From: an uncultured Gammaproteobacteria bacterium
Lineage (GTDB): Bacteria; Pseudomonadota; Gammaproteobacteria; JACCXJ01
Direction of reading: 5' to 3'
Length of the DNA: 64,000 nt
NCBI GenBank assembly: GCA_963764725.1
Contig: CAVXTM010000018.1
Coordinates: forward strand, 384,001 to 448,000
Positions 8,826 through 17,760 of this stretch are shown here, piece by piece. Position 1 is the stretch's first letter, and each line of letters opens with the position of its first letter. The translations under genes were made by a program, and so were the position numbers. Under the pieces are notes generated by a model that saw only the letters and a program-made list of their open reading frames with translations, was not told where the DNA came from and made no database searches.

Positions 8826-9389
8826 TTAAGCCGCGGCGGGACTCAAGAACGACGCGAACACCTCGGCGCAGCGTCGCCAGGAAAACACCTGCGCATGGTC
8901 GGTGCATGCATTGCTATCGAGCTTGAGCGCATCGAGCACGGCTTGGCGCAAGTCTTCATCCGATCTTCTTTCGGGGTTCAAGCGTAACGCCATGATAATA
9001 CATAGCAAATTAAGAAATCATCATTCTGCTACTGGGTACATCATTACACTTTCACGCCCAGGAGTTTGAAGGCATGGCGTTGTAAGGCGGTGGGCCGGGT
9101 GTGCCGGGAAGGTCCAATGCCAAGAACGCTTCGATGTTCTTCTCCACCGCCACCCGGCCGGTATACATCGCAATCGGGCGGGGCGCATCCAGGAAGCCCT
9201 TCGGCCGCGGCCGGAACAGTTCGGTATCGACGCCCCGCGACCACACGACCACGTTCTTAAATCCACGGGCAAGGAGCAGTTGTTGGACCGAGCTCGTGCT
9301 TACCAGCGTGCTCCGGTCTTTTCCAAGGTCGTGACCACACCGTTGACCTGGGGGTACCAGGCATCGGTGGAAATCGCAATCCTGGCCAT
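8826..9389 (-). pseudogene. GT4 glycosyltransferase (Agt-like partner of PlcP), fragmented
   Basis: Three disjoint pieces: MARIAISTDAWYPQVNGVVTTL, WSRGVDTELFRP...YTGRVAVEKNIEAFLALDLPG and DEDLRQAVLDAL...FSWRRCA. Large internal deletions and an AT-rich insert separate them. Confidence 0.85.
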
Positions 9390-9391
9390 CC

Positions 9392-10189
9392 TTAGGCCGC
9401 GACGGCTTGAACCTGCTTCAAAGAGTGCTGTGCATCCGACCAATGCACCAGCTGCAAAGATCCGTCGTGAAGCTCGACCAGCGCGGTGCAGCTCTCTACC
9501 CAGTCGCCGCTGTTGCAATAAAGCACTCCGTTGATGCTGGTGATCTCGGCCCTATGGATGTGACCGCAGATCAATCCGTCCACCTTCCGTCGGGCGGCTT
9601 CGTAGGACAGCGCCGCCTGGAAGTTGCTCATGTATTGAACGGCGGTTTTCACCTTGTGCTTCATAAAGCCGGCCAATGACCAATACGTGAATCCGAGCCG
9701 GCGGCGCACGTAGTTAACGAGGTGGTTCAAACGCAGCAGCCAGTCATAGACCTTGGTGCCGATGAGGGCCAGGGATGGTGAGTATTTCACCACGGCATCG
9801 AACTGATCGCCGTGCAAGACCAAGAATCGGCGTCCGTCGGCCGTGACATGAATGACTTCATTTTTGACCAGCACATTGCCGAGCACCATCCCATCGTAGT
9901 CGCGGAACATTTCGTCGTGATTTCCCGGAACAAACACCACGCGGGTGCCATGCTTTGCCTTGCCGAGCAGGGTGCGTAATACATTATTGTGGGATTGGGG
10001 CCAGAACAGCCGCTTTTTCATGTGCCACAGATCGATGATATCCCCGACGAGGTAGAGGTAATCGCAGCGCGTGGAACGCAAAAAGTCGAGCAGATACTCG
10101 GCGCGGCATCCTGGAAATCCAAGATGAACATCCGAGATCCAGACTGCCCGATAATGCCCTTCCGGACCCAGCGTATGAATCGTCTTCAT
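9392..10189 (-). CDS. plcP: PlcP/LpxH2-type metallophosphoesterase (phospholipase C for lipid remodelling)
   Basis: ISDVHLG, LVGDIID, PGNHD, LHGDQFD, CGHIH and YCNSGDWVESCTAL motifs; sits next to a GT4 gene as is typical for plcP. Confidence 0.85.
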   Translation of the reverse strand: MKTIHTLGPEGHYRAVWISDVHLGFPGCRAEYLLDFLRSTRCDYLYLVGDIIDLWHMKKRLFWPQSHNNVLRTLLGKAKHGTRVVFVPGNHDEMFRDYDGMVLGNVLVKNEVIHVTADGRRFLVLHGDQFDAVVKYSPSLALIGTKVYDWLLRLNHLVNYVRRRLGFTYWSLAGFMKHKVKTAVQYMSNFQAALSYEAARRKVDGLICGHIHRAEITSINGVLYCNSGDWVESCTALVELHDGSLQLVHWSDAQHSLKQVQAVAA

Positions 10190-10234
10190 CAGCGCATCCC
10201 CAGGATTAAAACTTGGCAACTATGACGCACGATT

Positions 10235-10274
10235 ATTGCGCACAAATGAAGAACTCATGTCGGACGTGTGAAGG
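10235..10274 (-). promoter_or_regulatory. Candidate Pho boxes upstream of plcP
   Basis: On the minus strand, four units at 11-bp spacing (CCTTCAC, CCGACAT, TCTTCAT, GCGCAAT) resemble CTGTCAT repeats. Confidence 0.5.
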
Positions 10275-10430
10275 TTGATCAGCGACGATGCCGCGCTAAA
10301 CTTCTTCGATATAGAAATCCTGAGCTGATGATGATACAAGGACGACATCATTCTGGAGTCCCGATGGGCCGGCGATCGTTCACCGCGCGTTCGCTTAGCG
10401 CCCTCGCAGACTTGTGGGTATCACGCACCG

Positions 10431-11516
10431 ATGAGCAACAGTCTTGAAATCAAGGAGGTCGCGATCCACCCGCTAGAGGTGCCCTTGATCGCACCCTTCA
10501 CCACCTCCGCATCGGAGCTCGAGGTGGTCAACAACCTTGCCGTTAGTATAGAACTGACCAACGGCGCGCGCGGCTGGGGCGAGGTGCCGATTTTGCCTCC
10601 GATCACCGTCGAGGACCAGGCGAGCGCACGTATAGCGCTTGCCGATGAAGCCGGACGGCTCGCCGGCGAAAACGCGGGTGCATGGCGACGCATCGGGGCG
10701 GAGCTCGCAGAGCGCATCCCGCACCTCGCGGCGGTGCGTGCCGGGATCGAAATGGCACTGATCGACGCGCTGACGCGCAGTTGGGGCGCGGCTTTGTTTC
10801 AATTTTTTGGCGGCTGCGAGGACCAAGTGATCACTGATATCACCATACCGATCTGTCCCGCCAGCGCCGCGCAAGACCTGGCCGCGCGTTATCGACAGGC
10901 CGGGTTCACGACCATCAAAGTAAAGATCGGAGGTGATCTCGGCCTGGACAGCGAGCGGGTACGCGTCATCCGGCGCGGCCATCCCGAATGCCGATTGATC
11001 CTCGATGCAAACGCCGGCTACACGCCGGATCAGATCTTGGCTTTATTGCGGGATCTGCGTCTTGCCGCGATCGAGGTGGCGCTGCTGGAACAACCGGTCG
11101 CCCGTGAAGACTGGGAAGGACTCGGGAAGCTGGCGCGCGAGGCAGGCATGCCGGTGGCTGCCGATGAATCCTGCCGCAGCCCCGCGGATGCGATCCGGAT
11201 CGGGGCGCACAAGCTCGCCCAGGTCATCAATATAAAGCTTGCCAAATGCGGCGTCGTGCAGGCGCTGGAGATCGCCGCGATCGCACGCGCTTCTGGCCTT
11301 GGGCTCATGATCGGCGGGATGGTGGAAACGCGCCTCGCCATGGGCTTTAGTGCGCACTTCGCGGCGGGGCTCGGCGGCTTCGATTGGATCGATCTCGACA
11401 CACCGCTCTTGCTCTCCACGGACCCGATTGCCGGAGGATACCGCGCGCAGGGCGCGAGGTACCGGCTGGATACCGGTTGCGCCGGACACGGTGGATACTT
11501 GCGGGCTTGCGGTTGA
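10431..11516 (+). CDS. L-Ala-D/L-Glu dipeptide epimerase (enolase superfamily)
   Basis: KVK, LDAN, LEQP, ADES, NIKLAK and DLD motifs. Confidence 0.9.
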   Translation: MSNSLEIKEVAIHPLEVPLIAPFTTSASELEVVNNLAVSIELTNGARGWGEVPILPPITVEDQASARIALADEAGRLAGENAGAWRRIGAELAERIPHLAAVRAGIEMALIDALTRSWGAALFQFFGGCEDQVITDITIPICPASAAQDLAARYRQAGFTTIKVKIGGDLGLDSERVRVIRRGHPECRLILDANAGYTPDQILALLRDLRLAAIEVALLEQPVAREDWEGLGKLAREAGMPVAADESCRSPADAIRIGAHKLAQVINIKLAKCGVVQALEIAAIARASGLGLMIGGMVETRLAMGFSAHFAAGLGGFDWIDLDTPLLLSTDPIAGGYRAQGARYRLDTGCAGHGGYLRACG

Positions 11517-11583
11517 GCACGGGACGCTGGCGCGGGGGCGCCGAAGCGAAAGGCACCGGTCGGTATATCATCGTTCGCGTGTA

Positions 11584-11692
11584 AGAGGTTGTGAATAAAT
11601 CGTCGCGAGCAGCGTCGAGCGCCAGGAGCCGCGGAGCGAGCGAGCACGCGACACAGCGATCGGGATGCGCCGCAGATTTATTCAAAACCTCT
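11584..11692. mobile_element. MITE-like element with 18-bp terminal inverted repeats
   Basis: AGAGGTTGTGAATAAATC ... GATTTATTCAAAACCTCT (17/18 match); internal core related to the elements at 15065 and 22702. Confidence 0.8.
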
Positions 11693-11707
11693 GAGTGGAG
11701 AGTTGAC

Positions 11708-12373
11708 ATGATCTTCAAATCCTCATTGCTTTCCTTGGCGCTTAGCCTATTGTTGTACGGCTGCGCGGACGGAGCTCTGCATCTCAAAATGGAGCTTGAA
11801 AAAACCTACGGCCTCTCGGCTGGCGATCCCGTGGTATTTGAGAATGACAGGGTGGGCGCCGTCGCTTCCGTGCAGTCCCGCGACCCCAGTGGGTTTATCG
11901 CCAACCTCGAGATCCTCAAGGAGAAACGCGACTTAGCGACAACGAATGCTCGCTTCCGGATCGCTGATCGCCCATCCGTTGCGCAACGAAAGCAAGTCGA
12001 GATTATTCACGCCGGCGCCGATGGAACACCGCTAGAAGACGGCGCGACCGTTCAAGGCGCCCTGGCATCGGCGCCGCTGTTCCCGTTTAGCGAGCTGTTT
12101 GGGGGAATGGCGGAAGGCCTCCGGAACTTGAGAGAACAGACGGAGCGCTTCCGGCGGGAGTTCGAGAACATTCCGGACTCCGACGAAGCCCGTCAGTTGC
12201 GCGAGGAATGGTGGCGGCTGCTCGAGGAAATTCAAAGAGCGCAAAGCGAAGCGAAAGAATCTCTGCGCGAGGAAATACTGCCCAAGCTCGAAGAAGAGAT
12301 GGAAAACCTGAGAAAGAAATTCGAGGAAATGAAACCCGAGGATTCTAAGCGCGGCTCGCCGTTAGAAACCTAG
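11708..12373 (+). CDS. MCE/MlaD-domain lipoprotein with C-terminal coiled coil
   Basis: Lipobox LLLYGC and GLSAGDPVVFENDRVGAVASV MCE motif. The ORF-track extension to 11591 is MITE-derived. Confidence 0.75.
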   Translation: MIFKSSLLSLALSLLLYGCADGALHLKMELEKTYGLSAGDPVVFENDRVGAVASVQSRDPSGFIANLEILKEKRDLATTNARFRIADRPSVAQRKQVEIIHAGADGTPLEDGATVQGALASAPLFPFSELFGGMAEGLRNLREQTERFRREFENIPDSDEARQLREEWWRLLEEIQRAQSEAKESLREEILPKLEEEMENLRKKFEEMKPEDSKRGSPLET

Positions 12374-12383
12374 CGAAGAGGGC

Positions 12384-13037
12384 CTATTTTGGAATCGATT
12401 CCAGCATCGGAACGGGCGCGATCTCCACGCGCCGGTTACGGGCACGGTTGGCTTCCGAGATGTTGGCGGCGATGGGCTTGGTCTCGCCGAATCCGGCGGC
12501 GAACACCTTGCCGGGAGGGAATCCCGCCGCGATCAGCGCGCGCATGACGGTCAATGCCCGCTCGGTCGATAGCTCCCAATTATCCCGGAACGGGCTGGTG
12601 ATCCCGCGCAACGGCCGATCATCGGTAAAGCCGCTCACCATCGCATTCATCTCGCCCTGTTCGGTATAGATCCGCAACGGCGTAGCTATGTTTTCGATCA
12701 GTTGCTGGCCTTCCGCGGACAGCTCCGCCGATCCCAACTGAAACAGCACGCTGCCCTGCATCCCGATGCGGCCTTCCCTGAGGGTGATACGCCCTTCGGC
12801 CAGCGGTTTCGCCAAGGCGCGCTCCAACGCCGCCAAGCGCTTGGCTTCCGCTTGGCGAGCTTCTTTTTCTTCCCGCAGTTGCACCGCCAACTCGATTTGC
12901 AGCACCGTGGACCAAACAAAAAGCAATACGAATATCCCGAGCAGGCCGACCATAATATCGGCTATCGCCGGCCAGATGCTCCACGCAGGGGTGGTATCCA
13001 TGGCTTCATCGGCGAGCGGCGTCGGTGAGATCTTCAT
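12384..13037 (-). CDS. MotB/OmpA-domain membrane protein, ZorB-like (Zorya type III)
   Basis: TM WPAIADIMVGLLGIF with the conserved Asp; OmpA-like VLFQLGSAEL, SGFTDD, NWELSTERA and NRRVEI motifs. Confidence 0.85.
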   Translation of the reverse strand: MKISPTPLADEAMDTTPAWSIWPAIADIMVGLLGIFVLLFVWSTVLQIELAVQLREEKEARQAEAKRLAALERALAKPLAEGRITLREGRIGMQGSVLFQLGSAELSAEGQQLIENIATPLRIYTEQGEMNAMVSGFTDDRPLRGITSPFRDNWELSTERALTVMRALIAAGFPPGKVFAAGFGETKPIAANISEANRARNRRVEIAPVPMLESIPK

Positions 13038-13055
13038 CGGAGCTCGGCGCCGTCT

Positions 13056-14897
13056 CTAACTCGATTCACGCAAAGCCGTAATCAAGCGCCGCAACTCGTC
13101 GCCGCGATGTTTGTCCGCTTCGGAAATCACCTGCACGATCTCCTTGAATTCCTTGATGCGCGCCCGTTCTCCGTAGTGCAAAGCTTCCGCGGTCTCCGCC
13201 AGCGCTGCGATGAGCTTATTGAAATGCGCATCCCAACCGGCAGCCTTGTCCGCGATGCCAAGCTCCACTCTTTTTACCAGTTGCTGCGCCCAGGCATTGA
13301 GGCTGGTGATCTGTTCGGTATCGGCGCGCCTGCGATCCTCGAGATCTTCGCGCATCTTCTCCAACATGGAGTCGAACTGCCGCTGTTGCCGCCCCTGCTC
13401 AATGCCCCAGGTCTTGCGCAATTGCTGGCGATCTTCCTCGTGCCGATCGACGATTACCGCATACTTAAGCGACAATTCGGATAGATTCTTGGCGGCTTGA
13501 TCGGCAAACGTCGAAGTCTGTCGGTCGAAACGCGTCACCAGATCCTGGTAGTGCTGGTTCATCCGTCCCAGGAGCTCCTGGTGCTGCGCCGCCAACGCTT
13601 CGGACTCCTGGGTGGCTCGAGCGCGAACGGCGTCGAGATGACTATCGAGCGCACGGCGCTGGGTCTCGCCCTCCTTGAGCCGGCTTTCGGCGTCATTGCG
13701 CCAGCTTGCGTCGATCGCGGCCACATGCTGTTCCAACTTCTCCAGGTAACCGGAATAGTGTTTACCGATCGTTTCCACATACGCCTGCAGCGCGCCGGTA
13801 AGCTCTTGGGCATGGACAGCTAACTTGTCGAAATGCTGAAGCTCTTGCACGCTTCGAGCTTGCCGCTCCCATTCGAACAACTTCAAGAGCTCCTCGCGTT
13901 GCTCTTGATCGCGTTGCGTACCGCTATCGAAGCGGGCCTGGACTTTGGAAAAGAGATCTTTACCGGCATCATCCATAATGCCGGCCGCATGCACGAGTAT
14001 GCCCTTGATGGCGGGTTCAATCTCGGCGCCAAAGCGTTTCACGGCGACGCTTAAATCCGCCCGGATAAGCTCCACCTTCTCGCTAATGGCGTCGGCGATG
14101 TGATTCGCAAACAACTCCTGGGCGTTACGGGCATCATCGCGCGCGGACATTAAGCCCGTCACGGCATCCTGGAAACGCTCCACGACAGCGGGAACGGCCG
14201 TCCCCTGCTCCACCAGCTTTTCGAGCGCCGCGATCTGCCGCGCAACTGGATGAAGCTGGGTCAACGAGCTCGCGGCGAGGCCCGAGACAAGATCATTGAG
14301 GCGGCTTTCCTCGCGCCGCGTCAGCGTAGCCGCCAAACCCAGGATCACCGAGGTCGCCACCCCGGAGACCGAGGTACCGAACGCGCGCGCCAGCCCGGCA
14401 ATCGGGGCCAGCAGCGACTCGCGCAAGGTTTCCAGTTCGGCCGTGCTCTGTAGCGCCGCGCGCGTACCGCTCAAGGTGTCAACCAAACCGATGAAGGTCC
14501 CAATCAGCCCAAGCAAGATCAACGCACCGATCAAGTAGGGTGTGTACGGTGCGCGCAAACTACTCACCTGCACACCCTCGTAAAGCCGGCCATGCACGAT
14601 TCGGTAGAGCGCGGGGCTCAAGCTGTCGAACTGTTCCTCGGCGGGCAGGTTATCATCCAATTCTTGAAGTTCTTTTTGGAATTGCTCGATGTCGGTGGTT
14701 TGCAGCCATAATTCATTTATGCCGAAGCCGAAACCCATCAATATGAGCACGACGATGAAAATCGCGCGGAAATCCTCGTAAGGCGCATAGGTGATGATGA
14801 CCCAAAGCGGGATGATCAAGCCCAGCAATCCGCAATAGAGGATGAGAATACGCGGCGCGGTGAGGCGGGCCCAGGATTGTATTTTTTTATATTGCAT
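13056..14897 (-). CDS. DUF802-type MotA-like protein with long coiled-coil tail, ZorA-like
   Basis: TPYLIGALILLGLIGTFIGLV and LAPIAGLARAFGTSVSGVATS TM motifs followed by about 400 aa of helical tail; ends 18 bp before the ZorB-like gene. Confidence 0.8.
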   Translation of the reverse strand: MQYKKIQSWARLTAPRILILYCGLLGLIIPLWVIITYAPYEDFRAIFIVVLILMGFGFGINELWLQTTDIEQFQKELQELDDNLPAEEQFDSLSPALYRIVHGRLYEGVQVSSLRAPYTPYLIGALILLGLIGTFIGLVDTLSGTRAALQSTAELETLRESLLAPIAGLARAFGTSVSGVATSVILGLAATLTRREESRLNDLVSGLAASSLTQLHPVARQIAALEKLVEQGTAVPAVVERFQDAVTGLMSARDDARNAQELFANHIADAISEKVELIRADLSVAVKRFGAEIEPAIKGILVHAAGIMDDAGKDLFSKVQARFDSGTQRDQEQREELLKLFEWERQARSVQELQHFDKLAVHAQELTGALQAYVETIGKHYSGYLEKLEQHVAAIDASWRNDAESRLKEGETQRRALDSHLDAVRARATQESEALAAQHQELLGRMNQHYQDLVTRFDRQTSTFADQAAKNLSELSLKYAVIVDRHEEDRQQLRKTWGIEQGRQQRQFDSMLEKMREDLEDRRRADTEQITSLNAWAQQLVKRVELGIADKAAGWDAHFNKLIAALAETAEALHYGERARIKEFKEIVQVISEADKHRGDELRRLITALRESS

Positions 14898-15064
14898 AGG
14901 GTCCTCACTCTAGAATATACACCTAACCCGATGGACCACAACACCGCTCGCCTAATTCTACGGGCGCCTCCCCGAGACAGCGCGGGCCGCAGGGTGAATA
15001 TTACGCAGAAACGCCGCGTCCACGCCACCACTCACTGACGGGCATGTGATCGCTTTCACTTAGA

Positions 15065-15206
15065 GAAGCTCTGCAAAAGTTACTGCGCGGGCCCATCTGC
15101 TTTGTCGCGTGCTCGCTCGTCGCTCGCCTATCTACCTGATATGTCTCGCGACTCGCTCCGCGGCTTCGCGCATCTGGGCTTGCTCGCGACACTTTTGCAG
15201 AGCTTC
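15065..15206. mobile_element. MITE copy A (142 bp)
   Basis: Perfect 16-bp TIRs GAAGCTCTGCAAAAGT / ACTTTTGCAGAGCTTC; near-identical to 22702-22844; no transposase. Confidence 0.9.
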
Positions 15207-15243
15207 CGTAGGAGGCTCCCGCGGTAATTCCCGGCTAATGGCG

Positions 15244-16281
15244 TTACTGCAAGCGCGGTTTCTCGAGCCCGCCGACCCGAATACCGATGAGCCGCACCTT
15301 TTTGCTGAACGCGACTCGCCGCAAACAATCAAGAGCGGCTTGCCGGATAAGGTCGCTGGAATCGGTCGGTCGGTCCAAGGTCTTCTCGCGGGTATGGGTT
15401 TCGAAATTACTGAAACGCACTTTTAGGGCAACGGTTGTGCCACCACAACCGTCCTTGCGCAGATCGTCGGCCACCTCCATCGCCAGCGTCGCAATTACGC
15501 TCGCGAGCGTTTCCGGGTCCCCGATATCGTGTTGGAAGGTACGCTCCCGGCTGTGGGATTTCGGTTCTCGATGCGTGACCACGGGCCGTCGATCGATGCC
15601 CCGCGAAGCCAGGTAAAGAAACTCTCCGTGGGATGGACCGAATTCCTTCACCAGATCGGCGAGCGGCATGGAAGCAAGTTGTCTGATCGTCGTCACGCCC
15701 ATCGGCACTAGGCGCTCCACCGTCACCGGCCCGAGGCCAGGTATGCTGCGAAGCGGCAGCGGCCAAATGCGATTTTTCAACTCCGCTTCGGTGAGGATGG
15801 TCAGGCCATCCGGCTTGTCGAGATCGGAACAGATCTTGGCAAGCAGCTTGTTCGGCGCGATCCCGATCGAGCAACTAAGACCGGTCCGTTTCCGAATGCG
15901 TTGTTTTATTTTAGTTGCAAGCTGCTCCGGCGCCGGTTCGAGGCCGGTGATATCCAAGTACGCCTTATCGAGCCCGGCATCTTCGACCAGCGGGGTGAAG
16001 TCTCGCAGTATAGTCTTGATGATCGCTGAGACACGCGCGTACAGCTCGTAATCCACCGCTAAAAACACTGCCTGCGGACAAAGTCTGAAGGCCGCGCGCA
16101 GGGGCATGGCGGAGTGGATCCCGTAGTTTCTGGCTTCGTACGAGGCTGCCGATACGGCGCCTCGTCCGCGCGGATCACCCCGCCCACCGACGACGACGGG
16201 TTTGCCGGCGAGATCCGGGTTCCGCTTTTGCTCCACGGCCGCGAAAAACGCGTCCATGTCGATGTGTAGGATCTGCCTCAT
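15244..16281 (-). CDS. dinB: DNA polymerase IV (Y family), catalytic Glu replaced by Lys
   Basis: MRQILHIDMDAFFAAVEQ, AASYEAR, GIAPNKLLAK and VRLIGI motifs; the DE motif reads GLDKAYLD. Confidence 0.93.
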   Translation of the reverse strand: MRQILHIDMDAFFAAVEQKRNPDLAGKPVVVGGRGDPRGRGAVSAASYEARNYGIHSAMPLRAAFRLCPQAVFLAVDYELYARVSAIIKTILRDFTPLVEDAGLDKAYLDITGLEPAPEQLATKIKQRIRKRTGLSCSIGIAPNKLLAKICSDLDKPDGLTILTEAELKNRIWPLPLRSIPGLGPVTVERLVPMGVTTIRQLASMPLADLVKEFGPSHGEFLYLASRGIDRRPVVTHREPKSHSRERTFQHDIGDPETLASVIATLAMEVADDLRKDGCGGTTVALKVRFSNFETHTREKTLDRPTDSSDLIRQAALDCLRRVAFSKKVRLIGIRVGGLEKPRLQ

Positions 16282-16302
16282 GCAACCTGAATAACAAGAA
16301 TT

Positions 16303-16339
16303 CGTAGGGCGGGTAAGGGCGCAGCCCGTAACCCGCCGA
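16303..16339 (+). repeat. GTAG-type REP hairpin
   Basis: GTAG-GGCGGGTAAGGGC-GCA-GCCCGTAACCCGCC imperfect palindrome just upstream of dinB. Confidence 0.6.
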
Positions 16340-16550
16340 CCCGACACGCACAGCGTGTCGCCTAAGAGTCTGCGATGAATCGGCTAAATCGCTTTACTGC
16401 ACTGGCTGATAGGACTCGGGAAGGAGCTTATGCTCCCGTGCCCACCCGACCCAGTCGGCCAGGTTAGAATATTGCGGGCGATGTCCAACAAAAAATACGC
16501 AACCTTGGCCCTTTTCGCCGAGAATACATGGTCCACAGCAATTGCTCATT

Positions 16551-17189
16551 TCAGGAAGGTATTGAGGGCGAAACCAAGCCTGTTTCAGGATCGAACCGAA
16601 ACGCAACCCACTCGTGTCTTCTGGGGCTTGACAGAGCTTCCCGTCGTAACACGGGAAGGCAGGTTCCACCCGGTTTTCTTGCCGACGGTGTCAAAAGGCC
16701 GCTCAATCCATCCCTTACAGCTTCAGCCGCAATGCGATGACAATCCGGGTACCCTGGTTCTTCATCTTGCATAAGGCACGGCAGGGTTGCCACATGAGGC
16801 CTCAGGTCCTTAGTGTCTCCAGCATAATCGCAGGAAAAGCTCATGTAATAGACCGTGCGCCCTTCTCTGGTGGTGCCAAACGCATGCCTGAGGTACCAAT
16901 CCCGGACCTCGACTTCGGCGGTGTCTACCTCCGGAGCACTGTAGAAAACCCGGATCGTGCCATCGGAAAAGCGGGTGGGCTGCGGAATAAGCTGCAGTTT
17001 CGCCTCAAACGGCTTGTCCAAAAGCGATTCGAGAGAGTCCTCTTTGTGGCGGTCCCGCAAGAAGGCAAGCATCTCCCCACTATTTTCGGGCTGGAGGCCC
17101 ATCTCCTTGAGAACCTCAATGTTGTCTTCTTGGGAGGCATAACGAAAGGTGATGGAGCGAAAGAATTCCTTAGGGATATCTTCGATCAC
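16551..17189 (-). CDS. RES-domain toxin (MbcT/ParT-like, NAD+-consuming)
   Basis: TRFSDG...FYSAPEVDTAEVEV and Y..C..IA...GLLTPSARKPGGTCL carry the R/E/S signature. Confidence 0.85.
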   Translation of the reverse strand: MIEDIPKEFFRSITFRYASQEDNIEVLKEMGLQPENSGEMLAFLRDRHKEDSLESLLDKPFEAKLQLIPQPTRFSDGTIRVFYSAPEVDTAEVEVRDWYLRHAFGTTREGRTVYYMSFSCDYAGDTKDLRPHVATLPCLMQDEEPGYPDCHRIAAEAVRDGLSGLLTPSARKPGGTCLPVLRREALSSPRRHEWVAFRFDPETGLVSPSIPS

Positions 17190-17194
17190 GCTCT

Positions 17195-17743
17195 TTATAA
17201 GCCTGCCATCATTTCGGTGAACTGCCGAACGCGCAGCAAGTTAGGCCAAGACCCCTCAAGCAGGAGATCGAGTGGGCTGCTGGTGTCCAACAGGCTTTGC
17301 GGCTCTCGCAGCCATTGGTTCTCCACCTTTCTGTCGCGAAAAACGCTGTGAAGTATTTTGCGTATGACAAACAGTTCTGCAATCCGATCCTTCTCATCTC
17401 GGGTTTCAAGCGGCGCGGCCCCAGACAGAACCGCCTGGAAATGACTTCTGCTTGATTTTTCGTACCCCAGAAGTATGCAGGCGGAATCGAGATCCAGCTC
17501 CCAGATCTCCAAGAGCTTGACAAAGAACTGCACCGGCGCGCTGGGCTGCCTGGTCCTGGGCTCAAACGGAACCACAGGTGCAGGTTGGAATTCGTCGTCT
17601 TGTAAGCCGATAACCTGCCGGCCAAACGCTCTCCCCTCGTTCGGGTTTCGTCGCAGCAAGTCATCGTTCCACCCGTATGGTGGCCTATCAGCAATGACAT
17701 TGGAATGTAAACCGCGTTGCGCCGCTTCATTCGACATCAACAT
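17195..17743 (-). CDS. Xre/MbcA/ParS-type antitoxin with N-terminal extension
   Basis: C-terminal VFRDRKVENQWLREPQSLLDTSSPLDLLLEG...LLRVRQF is the DUF2384-like toxin-binding motif; GGAGG RBS. Confidence 0.85.
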   Translation of the reverse strand: MLMSNEAAQRGLHSNVIADRPPYGWNDDLLRRNPNEGRAFGRQVIGLQDDEFQPAPVVPFEPRTRQPSAPVQFFVKLLEIWELDLDSACILLGYEKSSRSHFQAVLSGAAPLETRDEKDRIAELFVIRKILHSVFRDRKVENQWLREPQSLLDTSSPLDLLLEGSWPNLLRVRQFTEMMAGL

Positions 17744-17760
17744 AATCCGGCCTCCAAGCT

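Noticed and set aside
15001-15426. Short ORFs similar to ORFs at 22663-23024 and to the 11591 N-terminus
   Set aside because: The similarity comes from translating the MITE copies; not a protein family.
16394-16669. 91-aa ORF downstream of the RES toxin, possible fourth operon gene
   Set aside because: It overlaps the toxin gene by about 120 bp and has no recognisable motif; at most a C-terminal gene remnant.
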